A stretch of DNA of 64,000 bases, taken from the NCBI GenBank assembly GCA_010015585.1, contig ML975150.1; one strand, 5' to 3'. A program made the translations under genes and the position numbers. The DNA comes from Eremomyces bilateralis CBS 781.70. Taxonomy: Eukaryota. Shown piece by piece: positions 38,597 through 51,759 of the stretch. The notes beneath the pieces are model-generated. The model was not told the origin of the DNA. It saw only the letters and a program-made list of their open reading frames with translations, and did not search any database. Position 1 is the stretch's first letter. The number at the start of each line of letters is the position of its first letter.

Positions 38597-39502
38597 AAAT
38601 ACCACTCCTCGTGCTGCCAGAGCCATCAAACCATCGCCCACCACCTCCTCAACTTCTACCCCCTTTCAACCCGTTCAGGCAACCCCTCCAGGCCAGCAAG
38701 CCCTAGCCAGCGCTGCACAACAACATCTACAGCCTCAATCCACCTCGGGAAATCCTCGCAAACGGCGCGCAAGCGGCCAACCCGGCAGCACTGCACCCAA
38801 TCCCTCCATTCCGGGCTCCAGCTCCGCTTCGGGTATAGCCGAGTCAAGTATGGCGACCTCGCACGCAGGTGATCAGGGCTCGAGTGGAACAGTCCCCGGA
38901 ACGGCAGCGGGACAGCCGCCACCAGCTAAGAAAGGGAGGACGAACACGCCTTGGACTGCGGCGGAGGAACAGAAGCTGAAGCAGATGCGGGATCAGGGAC
39001 TGAGCTGGAGTGAAATTGCCAAGGTATGTCGTGTCTGGATAGGACCGTATCGGGGTTCAAGACAGGGACTAACACTGGCCGCAGAGCTTCCCTGCACGGA
39101 CAGAAGGGAGTGTGAAGAAGCACTGGTATAAGGTACATGATTGTGACGAAGTGACATGATTGAATGGAATGCTTATGATCACCACAGGACATGCACTATG
39201 CGGAATTCGCAGAAGACGAGGTAAGCAGCGGCTCTTCACCGCCCATGATATAGGCTGGAATGCCTGCTCAGATCGAGCATTACGAAGCAAGGGCGGCTAA
39301 CTAAGTCATGAGCAGAGCGCCGCTCTCCTTGCAGCCATCAAGGAATATGAAGGAAACAAATGGAAAGTGATAGGACAGAAAGTCGGAAAGCCAGCCAAAG
39401 TACGTCGAAATGACCACATCTCCTGACTTTTGTATTCTTGGCTAACAATCTCAACAGGCTTGCGAGCAATATGCGAAAGAGCATTTCGGTGGCAAGCTTT
39501 GA
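38597..39502 (+). CDS. Two-repeat Myb DNA-binding protein (Myb gene B); 5' end unresolved
   Basis: PWTAAEEQKLKQMRDQGLSWSEIAK|SFPARTEGSVKKHWYK|DMHYAEFAEDE|SAALLAAIKEYEGNKWKVIGQKVGKPAK|ACEQYAKEHF; introns 39024-39084, 39133-39187, 39221-39315 and 39400-39457. Confidence 0.88.
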
Positions 39503-42500
39503 CCGGTTCCTCGCTGTGGACCCCACGAATCTCGTCAATGCCGACAGGACGAGGTTACGCGTGTTGACATATTCTTTCGCAAACGGCGCCTTTATGACGT
39601 GCGGGATTGGGTTGTATGCTCCAGCTGTTATGATACCCAGCTGTGAAGGCTCACTGGTCGGCATTAGGACCCTCTGGCGGCATAGCTCGGTCATCAAAAT
39701 TGAAATGCGCGGCTTTTTCTTTTCAACTTGTCGGCGAGAAGGGGGTAGGAGACAGCGGGCGCCCCTCTCTCCCTTTTCGAAGGGTCGTGAGCATGGCCTT
39801 TTATTTGGCGTTGCCACAGGAGCGTTTTCTTCTCGGAATTGTAACTTGTTGATTTGCATGTTCGGCTTCCCTAACTGATGTGAATGAATGAGGTGAACTC
39901 TAGGTCCCTCTGTGCGCGCTCAGCCTTACGATTTCAATTACGGACCACGGGTTATGAGTGATAGGCAACAGCTATTCCTTAGGAGCAACGGAGGATTACA
40001 ATGAATGAGTGATACCTCTTCGTGGACGAATTACTCTGCTAACAGATGAACGTGACTGAAAATACCAACGCGCTTCATCTGGAGAGTTGTATTAGCCCAC
40101 TGTTGTATACCGACGTTAGTATAGAGGCCAATGTAGGGGTTGTGACTACGATGACGACAGACATCTAATGAAGGATACGGCGAAGACTGCAATTGAACAA
40201 GGCGAGAGGAAAACATTCAGTAATAGGAAACAGTTCAGCGGACTAAGCAGTGGAAACTGATCTCAGGGCGTAGACCCGAATATGAAATGCCCTCACTTAC
40301 TAAAAAGCCAACGCTCTACACGCTAGTCCTATATGAGACGAGAAAAAAGCAAAGCCTCTCCTCGTAGAGCAGAAGGGATAGCTGAACATTTGGTCTGCTC
40401 AGGAGTAATCTCCTTACTGTTCATAGTTGATCAGTTGTGAATGAAGATACCACCCAAAAAGAGCCCGGGTGGTGCAGTCGTGATAATTATGTGCTGACCA
40501 CCACACAGGAACACAGTGTCCTGGACAGTTCGTCTTCCCAAACGGCCTCCATTTGACCCGGAAACAGGTTGAGGCGTTTCCTTAGGTGTAGGATCCCCTC
40601 TGTTGTGCTATTTTGAGGCTCCACGGACAGTCCACGAACGTTGTGTACTGTCTTCTAGGATTTTCAGCATTGTATGATCGAACCGAATCAAACTGGGCTA
40701 TTTCGAGCTCAGAAACCAGACATGGGAGACATTCGGCATTTCGAATCACGATGGTGGTCAGACTTCCTTCTTACTGGCTTTCGATGTACTGCGACGTCGA
40801 AATGACAAGTCAGGAAAACACCACTTCACCCGGGATATGCCACTATAGCCCCATAGTGACGCTGGAGGGATGCTACGGAGGCAAGAGATAGACCATCGCC
40901 TATGTTCCGGCGATAATAAACCAGGACGGATAACCTAACATCAAATATAGTGGCCATTACCTTCTCCTGCCATCTGTCTGGTCAACTTCCATTGATGGGA
41001 AGAATAGGGGCCCTTTGGATCACGTTCCTTTCGGTTCTCGGCAATTCCGCTATCACAGTGTCGAGGCAAGGGAGTGGTCGTGGAGGGTAACGGTTACACC
41101 AATTGAGCGGGCGTATCCGATGCAGTGGAACAGTGGTCGTACAGTACGCATGCAGAAGTCCATCACATTCGCAGGACCCAGTGGGTCTATAAACCATCTT
41201 TCATCCACACCGCCTTGAAATTGGAAGTTGCCCGCAGAAAAGGAATTGGCCATCTCCTTCAAAATGGAATGGATATGAGATCCGACAGACTTGCTCGATG
41301 GCTATAAAGGAGACCGAGGAACCGGTGGGTCGGATTCGATGTCGGGACAGATGGGAGCGGGCATCGACGAATGCCGTGTCCTCGTATTACCAGTGACCTC
41401 AGGTTGGGAGTCCGGCTGGGTCACACCGAGGAATGTACGTCCGGCATTCGGTGTGTCGCGATTAGGTGCGCTGGATATAATAAGACCCGATCTCCGAGGC
41501 AATGGTCTCGTTAACATCCAGTCCAATACGAAGCGAAGGGGGTAGGAAAGTCTCATGAGTCCATCATATGCAAAGATGGAAATGTATCATCAGGAGATTC
41601 TGTTTAAAGCAAGGCAATGCAAGACTCAGAAATCAGAACGGTTTGAATGCCTCGCAGTGCAGTAAGCACATGTTGTACCTCCTGAGTGTGTGACACCATG
41701 CATAAAGGAGTCGTTGCGGCGGCCATGCTCGTGCATCAATCCTCCTCTTGCATGAACAATAATATTGGAACAAATACAGCACGTCCACCATTGAGAGCCA
41801 TAATTATTAACTGATAACACAAACTGAATGAGCCAAAATGTGGACACATTATTGAAGCCACAGCGCGACCGGACAATGGGTTCGGGAGACACAAATAAAA
41901 TTTCTTTCGCTCCGTAGTAGAAGATTGATTGAACATCACGAGTTGAACCTCGGATGCTGTTCATCGAAGCAGCGGCACGGGATACACTGTTCTGCTTTAT
42001 GTATCCGTTGAGCAGTGCGGCACATCGGTTCAACGGTTAGACAAGCGCATAGATATGCGGTCGCGGATGTAAAACCGGAGATGAGGTATCAGCCCCATGA
42101 TCGGGAATTCATGCGCCTTGAAATCCGGTCGGGGCTTTCTACTGTAAGGGTCCGAATCCCGAAGCAGGCCAGTAAGCGAGATAATACCGGAAAGCTTCGT
42201 CCATGTTGTTGAACAAGTGTCTGCTTGTCATACAAGAAATTTACCACATGTGTAACTCGTTCTTGATGATTCACATGAAGCCGGAAGGAAAATACATTAT
42301 AGAAGTATAGAGGCATTTGCCGTCAACATGAGCTTAGCCGCAAACGAGACGGGACGTTTAACCACTCGGAAATGAGGCCGACCTGAGCCTCCAACGCCCG
42401 ATGCTGCAGGCGAGATGTGAGGGATCTCCAACAGATTGGTCGAGGCTCGCGTGGTCAGCGAACTGCGACGGCCTGGCCGCTTGGGTGTCAGTCTCTTGCT

Positions 42501-45224
42501 GTCAAAGGTTGCTCTCGTTTCATGACGTGGTCGAAGCGGATGATACGGAGGTACGGATCTAGAGTCGGAGCCCAACGCGTAGCCAACCCATTAGCGCCAA
42601 GGTGGAACGAGGAAAACTCGATGGGGGTTGGAGCGAATGAGATGGTTAGGAATTGGGATTCTTTTAGAAGAAGATAATACCTTAAGTGTGAATTAATTAT
42701 TGAATGGAATTGAAGACACGAGAGGGGGAGAGGTGACGGTCTAATCGATGCCGAGATCCTCCTAACGCCGTGACGCGTCGATGTTAGCGGACGCCAGACT
42801 CAGGCTCGATCGATCCACCTTACACAAAACATTATTACAAAACATCATTAGAGTCGAATAGACAAAATAGGAATCCATGGCTTACACCCACTATTACCTT
42901 TTTCACCATCTATATGACGGCGCATATCGTTCGGATGCATTTTGCGTCCGTCCAGTCATGGTCAACCTCTGGGGCCGCCTGGACCGTGTAAGGGTATGAT
43001 GAACGATTCAACGATACGAGGACCTGTTTCTCAGCCGGACCAGGTAGCTGGATGCTCTACCGTTTTAGCATAAAATGACAAGCCTTGAGGAGCAATACTA
43101 TCCACGGTAGAGGTCGCTACACAACCTGATAAGTTCATTCAGCGGCAGGGTTGTCAGCCCGGAATTGTTGACTGATACAGCGGTCCACCACCTGGTGGGC
43201 AGTGAGTGGCGCCGCAGATATATTTGATCTCCCCTGTCTATATGTCTATGTCGGACCGCTGCGCGGCTCCAAGCTCGAAACATATCGTGCAGGAAAAGGC
43301 CTCGCTGCTGCGGAATGGTGTGAGTTGCATCAATTCTCTAGCATCCAGAAAGACCACCTGCCTTTCCCACCAAGTCGTCATGTACTTCTGTACACTGAGC
43401 TGAAATCCACAGTCGGGCGCTACGATGAGCTGGCTTGACTTTCTTTTCCGCCCCATTCTGGCGCCTTTTCATTTTCAAAGTCTATTCGTGGGCTTTCCCT
43501 TTAGATCTATCTTTTTGTTTCATGTTGGTACAGGATCTGGATCCCGGTATGCCTTTTGCGGACGGGGCTGCATCAACCGTCGCCTCTGGCCTGTCTGCTC
43601 GTGCCTTCATCTGGTTTTTGATGTCTCCCTCTGATGCTGTGTACCCCGGCCAGCAGAGGGCGCAAGGATCATCTTTGCCCAATCTTCCTTCATTCAGCTC
43701 TATTGTGTTTGTCGGGCACACTAGGGGTCCTTCGGGGTCGATCCAGTGGAACTCTACATGTTCCGGATCGCCAATCATTTCAGCCCAGGCTCTGGCGAAA
43801 CCAAGCCATCATGCCGTCTTTTCATCAAAGCAAATTGCCAATACGTCTCATTTCCTAAATCCTAAGCTCTGCAGAGATATTCTGGTTCCTGGAAGCAATG
43901 CTCCCGGATGGGTGCCCGTGTCCTTAATAATCCATGCTCGCATCACTGACTTCATTTTAGTTGGTTGATATGAGGGACGGATATGCCGAAGCAAACCCGG
44001 TCGAGGCCCATGCCAGTTTTGTAACGGTTTGAAGATCTTTCTGCACACCTTCTAGAAACTGGGGTTGCGTCGTCCGGGACCTCCTCCAATTGGCACAGGC
44101 AGAACTGCTCCTAGTCTGGCCATTTTTTCCTTTTTCTCCAATAGATGCATTTCTACCCTCGTCACGGAGTACCATATGTCAATATCGGTTCCAGTGCCGC
44201 TCAGTCGTCGGCTTGGTCACTGCCGTACGTTCGGCAAGCTGCTCCTTGAAGCTGACTGCAGTCTGTACCCACCACCATCTGCCTGTCATCTGGATCCAGA
44301 GATCCGAGAGATATTCTGCAAGGCTTGCTTTTACCGCCATTCCCTGTCAAATGATGGTACCTCGATCCCCGGCGTTGACACTGCATTATGTCCGCGGTAG
44401 AATCGGTCCATTCCTTGTTGCCCTATACGGCCAAGAACATGCGCTTCAGGAACACTGCCCGTCTCGTGCATCACTCCAAGCGCCGCATTGCGGTTCAGCG
44501 CCTGTGTCCGTGGGTCAATCGCACCGCACCAAGGGCCAGTAGCGCTTGATGTGGCGATCGGGCTTGTCGGCACCAGTTCATCTCATTCCCCATTCATCCG
44601 TATGCTACCTCGATCGCCAGCTTGTACGGCGACGGATGTAGCCCGTCGGTTTGGCATATTTCTCCTACCGGGACGCCTTTATAATGCACAACGCTCCCGA
44701 CAGAGAAGGTGAAGGAATTCTTGCAACTGTTATTAAGTTGCACGTTACGGCCGTCTCATCTGAACCAGGCTATATCGACGAACATTAAATCCATAACGAA
44801 ACGCAATAAGTTTCCTACGTCTCCAAGGATCCTCCCCACCGCCTTAATCAGTCTGCCGGATTCGCCAATATACCATCGTCAGCCACTCCGCGCCGTTCAG
44901 TCCTCCAAGGCCTGCCAACCCACCCCCCGACACGGGGAATCCCTCGAACCTGGGACTTTATCGATACGGCTCAACCGTCATCCGCTCCCATCCACACGCA
45001 GGTCCAAACACTTTACTAGACCTGGAAACGGCGCTGGGTCTTCTGCCTCACCTGCAGCACGGCCTGCTAGAGCAATCTAGCTCTGGCAGGCTCCATGCAT
45101 ATCCGCAACGCTGGCGAGATCTTATCGAGACTACTCTCTCGACTACGGTGCGCAAAATCAGCCCATCAATGTCGACGAAGACGACCCCTCTACCGTCGAC
45201 GACGGCAGCGGAGCTGGGCATCAT

Positions 45225-46411
45225 ATGCTGCAACATTATATCCCCACGGGAAGCCATGTCGCGAACCCATTTCTCCAGACTGGTCCAGGACCGCACCATT
45301 CAACGCTGGAGCATGGGATGCCTCATGGTCTTATGGAAGTTACAAATGTCGACCGTCATCCCAGCTTGACCGCACCTCTACCCGCGCATCTATTGCATTC
45401 CCAGCAGCAACAGTCTCAGCAACACGGCATGTCGCAACCGTCCTATGGCGCAACCGCCCTCGCAGCGGCGGGCGTGTCGCCGCATCATCCGCACACGCAG
45501 CACCTCGACTATACTTCCCAGGGCCACAGTCGAAAACGCTCGCGTGCCGCACGAGGAGATCTCCACCTCGATCTGCAAACCTTATCCAGCCTGTCTGCCT
45601 CCATCTCCGACCCCACCAGCGGCGACATCGCCGTCGAGCTAACCCCTCACGGCCACCATGCTCAACCCGCGTCTCTCTACCAGCCCTCTCACCGCCCGCC
45701 ATCCACCGGGTTGCACCATTCACATCATGTCCAGCAGCCCCCCCAGCATCATCATCACCGTCTCCCAAATCAACCTCCTCCAGCGAAGACCCGTCGCCTG
45801 ACCATGTCCGGTTACTCGCCGACTTCGCCGCAAGCAGGCTCCCAGCACGGCCCGCCATCAATGGTGGGGCAGGAGGGAATGCCGGCACCGGCGCTGAGAC
45901 CTCGAGGACCGAAGTTAAAATTCACTCCAGAAGACGACGCGAAACTCGTAGAACTCAAAGAGAAGAAGAATCTCACCTGGAAACAGATCTCCGAATTTTT
46001 CCCTGGGCGGAGTTCGGGGACGCTGCAGGTGCGGTATTGCACGAAACTGAAAGCGAAGACCACGGTCTGGACGTCCGAAACCGTAAGTTGCTGACTCCAT
46101 CGGGAGGGAAAGGTGATTGCTACTGACGACGGTGGCTCCAGGTTCAAAAACTGCGACACGCGATGCAAGAATACGAGAATGATCGCTGGAGGGTGATCTC
46201 GTCCAAGCTTGGCTCGGGGTTCTCTCCGACCGCGTGCAAGGAGAAATCTGACGAGATACGGGCGATCGATGCGGGAGTGTCCACGGCCGACACGTCCGGG
46301 GAGATCGACCCCTCTGGAGATGACGGCGGGGACGACGATGAAGGAGAAGGCACCAGGGAAGGAGATGGCGACGATAGCGCGGACCTCGAGCAAGTAGAGA
46401 TGGGAACATAG
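45225..46411 (+). CDS. Two-repeat Myb DNA-binding protein (Myb gene C)
   Basis: KFTPEDDAKLVELKEKKNLTWKQISEFFPGRSSGTLQVRYCTKL; intron 46083-46141; then QEYENDRWRVISSKLGSGFSPTACKEK. Confidence 0.88.
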
Positions 46412-49177
46412 CGGCGGACGCTCCTCGACATGCAGGCATTTGCCGAACCTTCGTTGTCGGGTCTGCTTTTGGCTAGCTGACGTCTTCTTATCGGTCTCAC
46501 GACTTCGAAACAATTGCTCCGATTTCTTGGTGCTGGGCGTAAACATGGCTTGTGGGTTTGGGGGTCAGGACGGAAATTCTATTTTGGGCATGAATTGGGT
46601 GGATCAACGCATTGGAGTCTTCTGGGGACGTTCGTTGTTCTTGGACGTCGGTGCTTTTCATCCCCAACAACTCTCCTGTGTTTCTTTCCATATCTCCTTA
46701 TAATGTTGTTGATGATCATGGATGAATCTACGAGGGCCATGATCTCCCAAGATACCCATTCGTTTCTCTCATTTGTAGCTTCTACTGAAAATATTGTCTG
46801 GTCACTTTTTATCATTTTTATAATTGTTTTTTTTTACCGCATTTCAAGAGGTGGAATGGTCAGCTCATCGCTACACAAACTTGCTTTCGGATCTCCAGAA
46901 GGCAACTGCTCAACGGAACTCTGCATGGTTGGGCGCACAAAAGCCTTCGCTGGAATTAGCATAGCAATTGTACGCACATACATCCTTTAGAGATGGAGAG
47001 CAATCAAAGAGCTGCTGCTTAGTGGACTGTCCGCTCCCAAAGGATTCGAGCAAAAGAGCACATGGCGTAGTTCAGATGAGCTCGAGTCAAAGCTTCATCG
47101 AAGTCATTCCTTAGCTCTTAACGGCGGGAAGGAGTTGCCCCAAATGACCAGTACTCTTGGATATTCTATCGCGTGTTCACACGGGCTACCCCCTCATCAA
47201 TCGCATGAAGCAGGGTTCGCTCAGAGGCATCTCGGATTTCGAAACCATTGCTGCACAGCTCTTCATTCGCACGGTCACCGTTCACCGTCCATATCACCAT
47301 GCCATCCCCCCACCGAAGGTCATCTCCCGCATGAAAATAAAGGCAGTTCACGAACTCATGACCAGAGTGCCGTCTGGTTCATCTCGTGAACTTCATCAAC
47401 CGGCTGAAGTTTGCGGTTCAGTCAAGCAGTTTCGCCGTTATCAGTGATGCTATGGTTTGCGGACCGCCATCGCCAAATTATCTATAGCCTGCTTGACAGG
47501 GTTATGTCGTTCATGGTTGTATTCCTTCTGGTCCGGTCGTTTCAGTCGTGATCCAATGACCAGGATGTATCATTTGTTTCGAACCAGACGCAGGATTGCA
47601 TCACCGCCTAGATGCATGATTGGCGCCAGAGGTTAATAAATCGTTCACGTGCCGCCTTTACTACACGGGAAGGAGAGCAGTGGTTGGAATAAGGTGCATC
47701 GTGAGGTTGGCACTGATTCAGGGGTTGGCCGAACCAGACGAATCCCCCGTTGCGTCCACTCTATATTCGATGACTGGGGATGACCCGTTTGCGGGCGGAG
47801 GGATATCACGGCGGCTCGTGTGAACTTGAGATATAGCGACACGACATTAAGACGTGCGGCAGATATAAGATCGACATGCTATGGCGTGCAGTAGCCCGGT
47901 TCGGGGTCGTAATCTAGGGATATGCAATATGAAACAGCGGGCAGGGGTGGAAGATTGGGTAGCACTCATAGATAGCAGAGGCTTGTGTGAAATAGGATAG
48001 AAGTGTCTCACGTATTGATTGAAGCAGATATGTGCTTCGTGAACAAACAACTGAAGGTCAATATTAGGATATCTGAATGTAGAGGCCGGTAAATTGTGGA
48101 AGAAGAAGGAAGACTGCAAAGGACATGCAGGAAACCTTGAAACGGAAAAGGACCGCACCTGCGAAGACACATGTACAGCTCCATTAGCTTTGCCATCAAT
48201 GAGGGATTCTTCCGAACAGCTTCGATCATTGAATAGATCTCGAAATGTCATCTGTTGTATTACTCTAGTCCAGATAGTCCAGCCTATTGAAAAGGAGGCG
48301 ACTCCGTATCGTTCACCTTGCCCAAGTCCAACAATCGAAATGCGAGCTCGAATGAGACCGAAGACACCACCCGAATCTCCATAGAAGAGGTTCCCAAAGA
48401 GTCCGCGATGGTTCAGGGAGTGGAATTCCGCTCCGGAAACCTAGATAATCAGCAGAACAATCCCGAAACCGTATCCGATCCTCCGCCCTTATTTCCACTC
48501 CGTCCACCAGCGGAACCTCCTCCCGAGCGGACCACCCCACCACTCCCATCCCGCTCCCCTTCCCGCTTCCCCTCCCCCGCTCCAAGTGAGCAAACACGCC
48601 ATTTCCCCATAAATTCGAAATATAGGGCCATGACCCCCTGTCGCGTCCATCCTGAGGCACTGGCGGCTCAAAAGCACTGAGCGCGCTGATTGGCCAGAAC
48701 GGCACTAGCGCGGGCGACGCGCCGACTCCCGAGATGCTGCAGATTGGGATTGTTTCAACGCGGCCGGGGCCACGCCAGTGACGTTGAAGAGTTGGAGATT
48801 TGGGATGGAGAGGTGACTCAAGTGCGTGGTTTCGGTTGGAACTGATGGGAGAGATGGGATGGGTTGGGTGGTTGACCAGTGGGATTGAATGGGAGGAGAT
48901 GGGGAATAGGGGGAGTGGAAGGGCAGGTTGGTGGGAGATAATATCTGGGTATATGGGTGAGGGCTACGTTTGAGTGTGATCCTCATGATTAGGGCAGATT
49001 TGAGGATGTTGGTGGGTGGGTGATTTTACTTCTCGTATTCCTCTCTGTCTTGTCTCCTTCTCTACTTCTCTTCTGAGTCTTCAACGTGTGTTTTTCGAGC
49101 TGTTGTAATACAGAGGGTTTTGCGTGGTGGGACACACAACCGACTGCATCTGTTGTGCCCGTACCTTAATAATAATA

Positions 49178-50281
49178 ATGCTACTGGATACGAGCAATTG
49201 CACCGATGTGCCTGATACCGCACCTTCAGACGCAGGCGTCGCTGGCGCTGGTGTAAGCATCACATCTCCTTACCTCCCCTGTTCCATCTCAACCGGATCC
49301 CCTTATAGATGATTATCCAATACTCACCTCCGCGTCTAGGTCCTCCTCTCTTTCATCCTCACCGCCGCCCTCGCCCTCATCCTCTCCGCCATCGTCATCA
49401 TCCAAGAACACCTCCGCAAATCCGAAGCCAAAATCACCCGCAAGCTCCTCCTCTCCTTCTCCGACCAGCAGATCCTCACCGGCATCGGCATCCAATGCGT
49501 CGCCATCGTCAAGTTGCAATGGATGATCCCCTACCACTTCTTCCTCGTCTGGATGCTCTCGGCCATCTCCACCGCCACCCACAGCGTGACCCTGCTCGCG
49601 CTGCACAACGACTTCCGCCGTGACTGGGTGCTGCGCTGGCTGCGCCAAGCGCTGATGTTCCTCAACTTGGTCCTGTCGTGCGCGCTGGGAATTTTCGTGC
49701 TGTTCGCGGTGATGAAGGACTTGCCCGAGACGTTACCGATCGCGTGTGCGTTCTCGGACCGGCCGTCGAAGCCGCCGTCGCGCGCGCCGCTGTCGTTTGC
49801 AGGGACGCTGGCGGTGATCGTGGGGAATTGCGTCGTGTTTGCATTCGCGGTGTGGTATCTACATCTGCGGGGGAAGAAGTGGTTGAGGGTGATGCAAGTG
49901 ATTAGTCTGATGGTCTTGATGGCGATTGGGATCGGGGCGGCGGCGAAAGTCATTATGCTCTCGCAGGCGTTTGGGACCCCTTCGGTAGCCCTTGCGGACG
50001 AAGGGGAGAAGGTGTGGAGTTTCGGACAGTTGTTGCCGCTGTTGCTATTACTGCTGCCATTCATGTCTGCCGTCGAGATCTTCAGAGGTAAGAAGCACGG
50101 CTGGATGAAGATCCGAGATATACTCACGCGTGTCATAGGTGAAATGACCGTTCCGTCACCCATGGCTGACGATCAGGTGCGTCTCGCCGATGACGACGAG
50201 CAGGCCATCCCGATCAAGCGGACATCATTCGATCCGAACCCGTTCTGGGGGAAGCAGCCCGTCAGTCGGTTCTCAAACTGA
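49178..50281 (+). CDS. Fungal multi-pass membrane protein of unknown function
   Basis: DAGVAGAG|VLLSF.., SDQQILTGIGI, YHF, WSFGQLLPL; introns ~49253-49339 and ~50088-50139; several hydrophobic helices. Confidence 0.78.
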
Positions 50282-51759
50282 ACACCAGATTCAATCGAGG
50301 GACAATAGAGCTCCATTCAGCCTTTGACCGGTTCAGAGGCTATTGAAGGAGCCACGTGACGCCACGCTGTAGCATCCGGTATCAGACAGCAAGGCAGGCC
50401 AAGGTCAACCATGCTATGACTAGAACTGGACTATTGTTAAACTAGTTGATCTGGCAGGACGCCCAAGCCCGGGTGATAAGCCTTCCTGACGACGGGCCGA
50501 ATCCTACTTGGTCCCGGTTGGGAGTAAGGCTGAAACAGGATTACCGATCGGACTGGGCAAGACTCGGAAAATATGTTTTTTGCTGCGCCCATGCATGGAC
50601 GGAAAGCTCAGGATACGAAACTTATGAACAACGGGCAGGTAGAGGATAGACATGGGAGTCGAAGTCAGTCTGGTGATACAGAATATCGATATTCGGATAA
50701 TGGCATTTCAATGATGATCGATATCATACCCACCATGTCAAGTAAATCGTGCTGCATCTCCTCTGTCGGGTCTTCAACTCGATTGAACAAGCGACCCGTC
50801 CAGAGCCACGATAGGTTAGTCACGCGTCCTGGTGCCCGCAGCAGCGCGTGAACAGCTGCTGCTGTGCAGATGATCCCCCATGCACCTTGCCGCCCTCCAT
50901 TCCAACCTTCTCGTTCCCAATCGTGGGTTTTGAACAGTCATCGAAGTTGGTATTTATTTGTCATTCGGCAGCTGGACAAAATAAGATCGGGTATGAGGTA
51001 TGACTGGTAGGATGGGTGCAGGTTGCCGTGAGCGGAGGGAAATGATGCAGGAAACCCCGTGGCTTCACGGGTCGCTAGTGAGTATGATCGGGTGGGACGG
51101 GAGGTGGCTGTTGCGGGATTGCCGCTATCGAGTACGTATTCAAAATACCCGGACGCGTTATTGCATTCACTGTTATTATTGCAGTGATAGCAGGTACTTG
51201 GAGTGATGCTTTGGTGTAAACAGAACCAGACGAACGCACGATACACGTTGCCTTGTTGCCTGGTTCAATTGTCGCCTTACTGCCTCATTGCCTCAATCTG
51301 AATCGTGCTCTCTGCTCTCACGTCAATCTTTGTGTCTCTTCATCACCACCGCCAGCGTCCACCACCGAATCCGCGCATCCGATTCACCTTCGCCTTCTTC
51401 TTCGCCTGCACGTTTCCTCCCACGTTTATCCTTTTCCTAACACTCACTCTCTTCATCTCCCTCTCTCTCTATCCCCAAATTTCCCCCACTCACAGAAAAT
51501 CCTCCTTTCCCTTGCACCATCCCCGAATGACATCTTGATGTTCTTCGGCTGCTACCGAGTGCTTACTGCAGAGATCTAATCTCCGCTCCACCAATTCCAT
51601 TCAACCCCACCATTGCTTGCCGTCGTTTTTGCGATATTGCGTACCGGTACATCGACGACATCTCTCCTCCGCTGCTTCCTCCATCGCCATATCGCAACAT
51701 CGCTACACTTTCCTTTCAGCCCTCCCTGCTGCCTTCCGTGTGCAGCTATCCTGCCAAAC

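Noticed and set aside
32000..45000. Many 60-180-aa ORFs in the Myb spacers
   Set aside because: Mostly non-ATG starts with no motifs or codon bias; consistent with chance ORFs (Myb B excepted).
48318..48680. Pro-rich 120-aa ORF
   Set aside because: No recognisable domain; it arises largely from local C-richness. A small gene or relic cannot be excluded.
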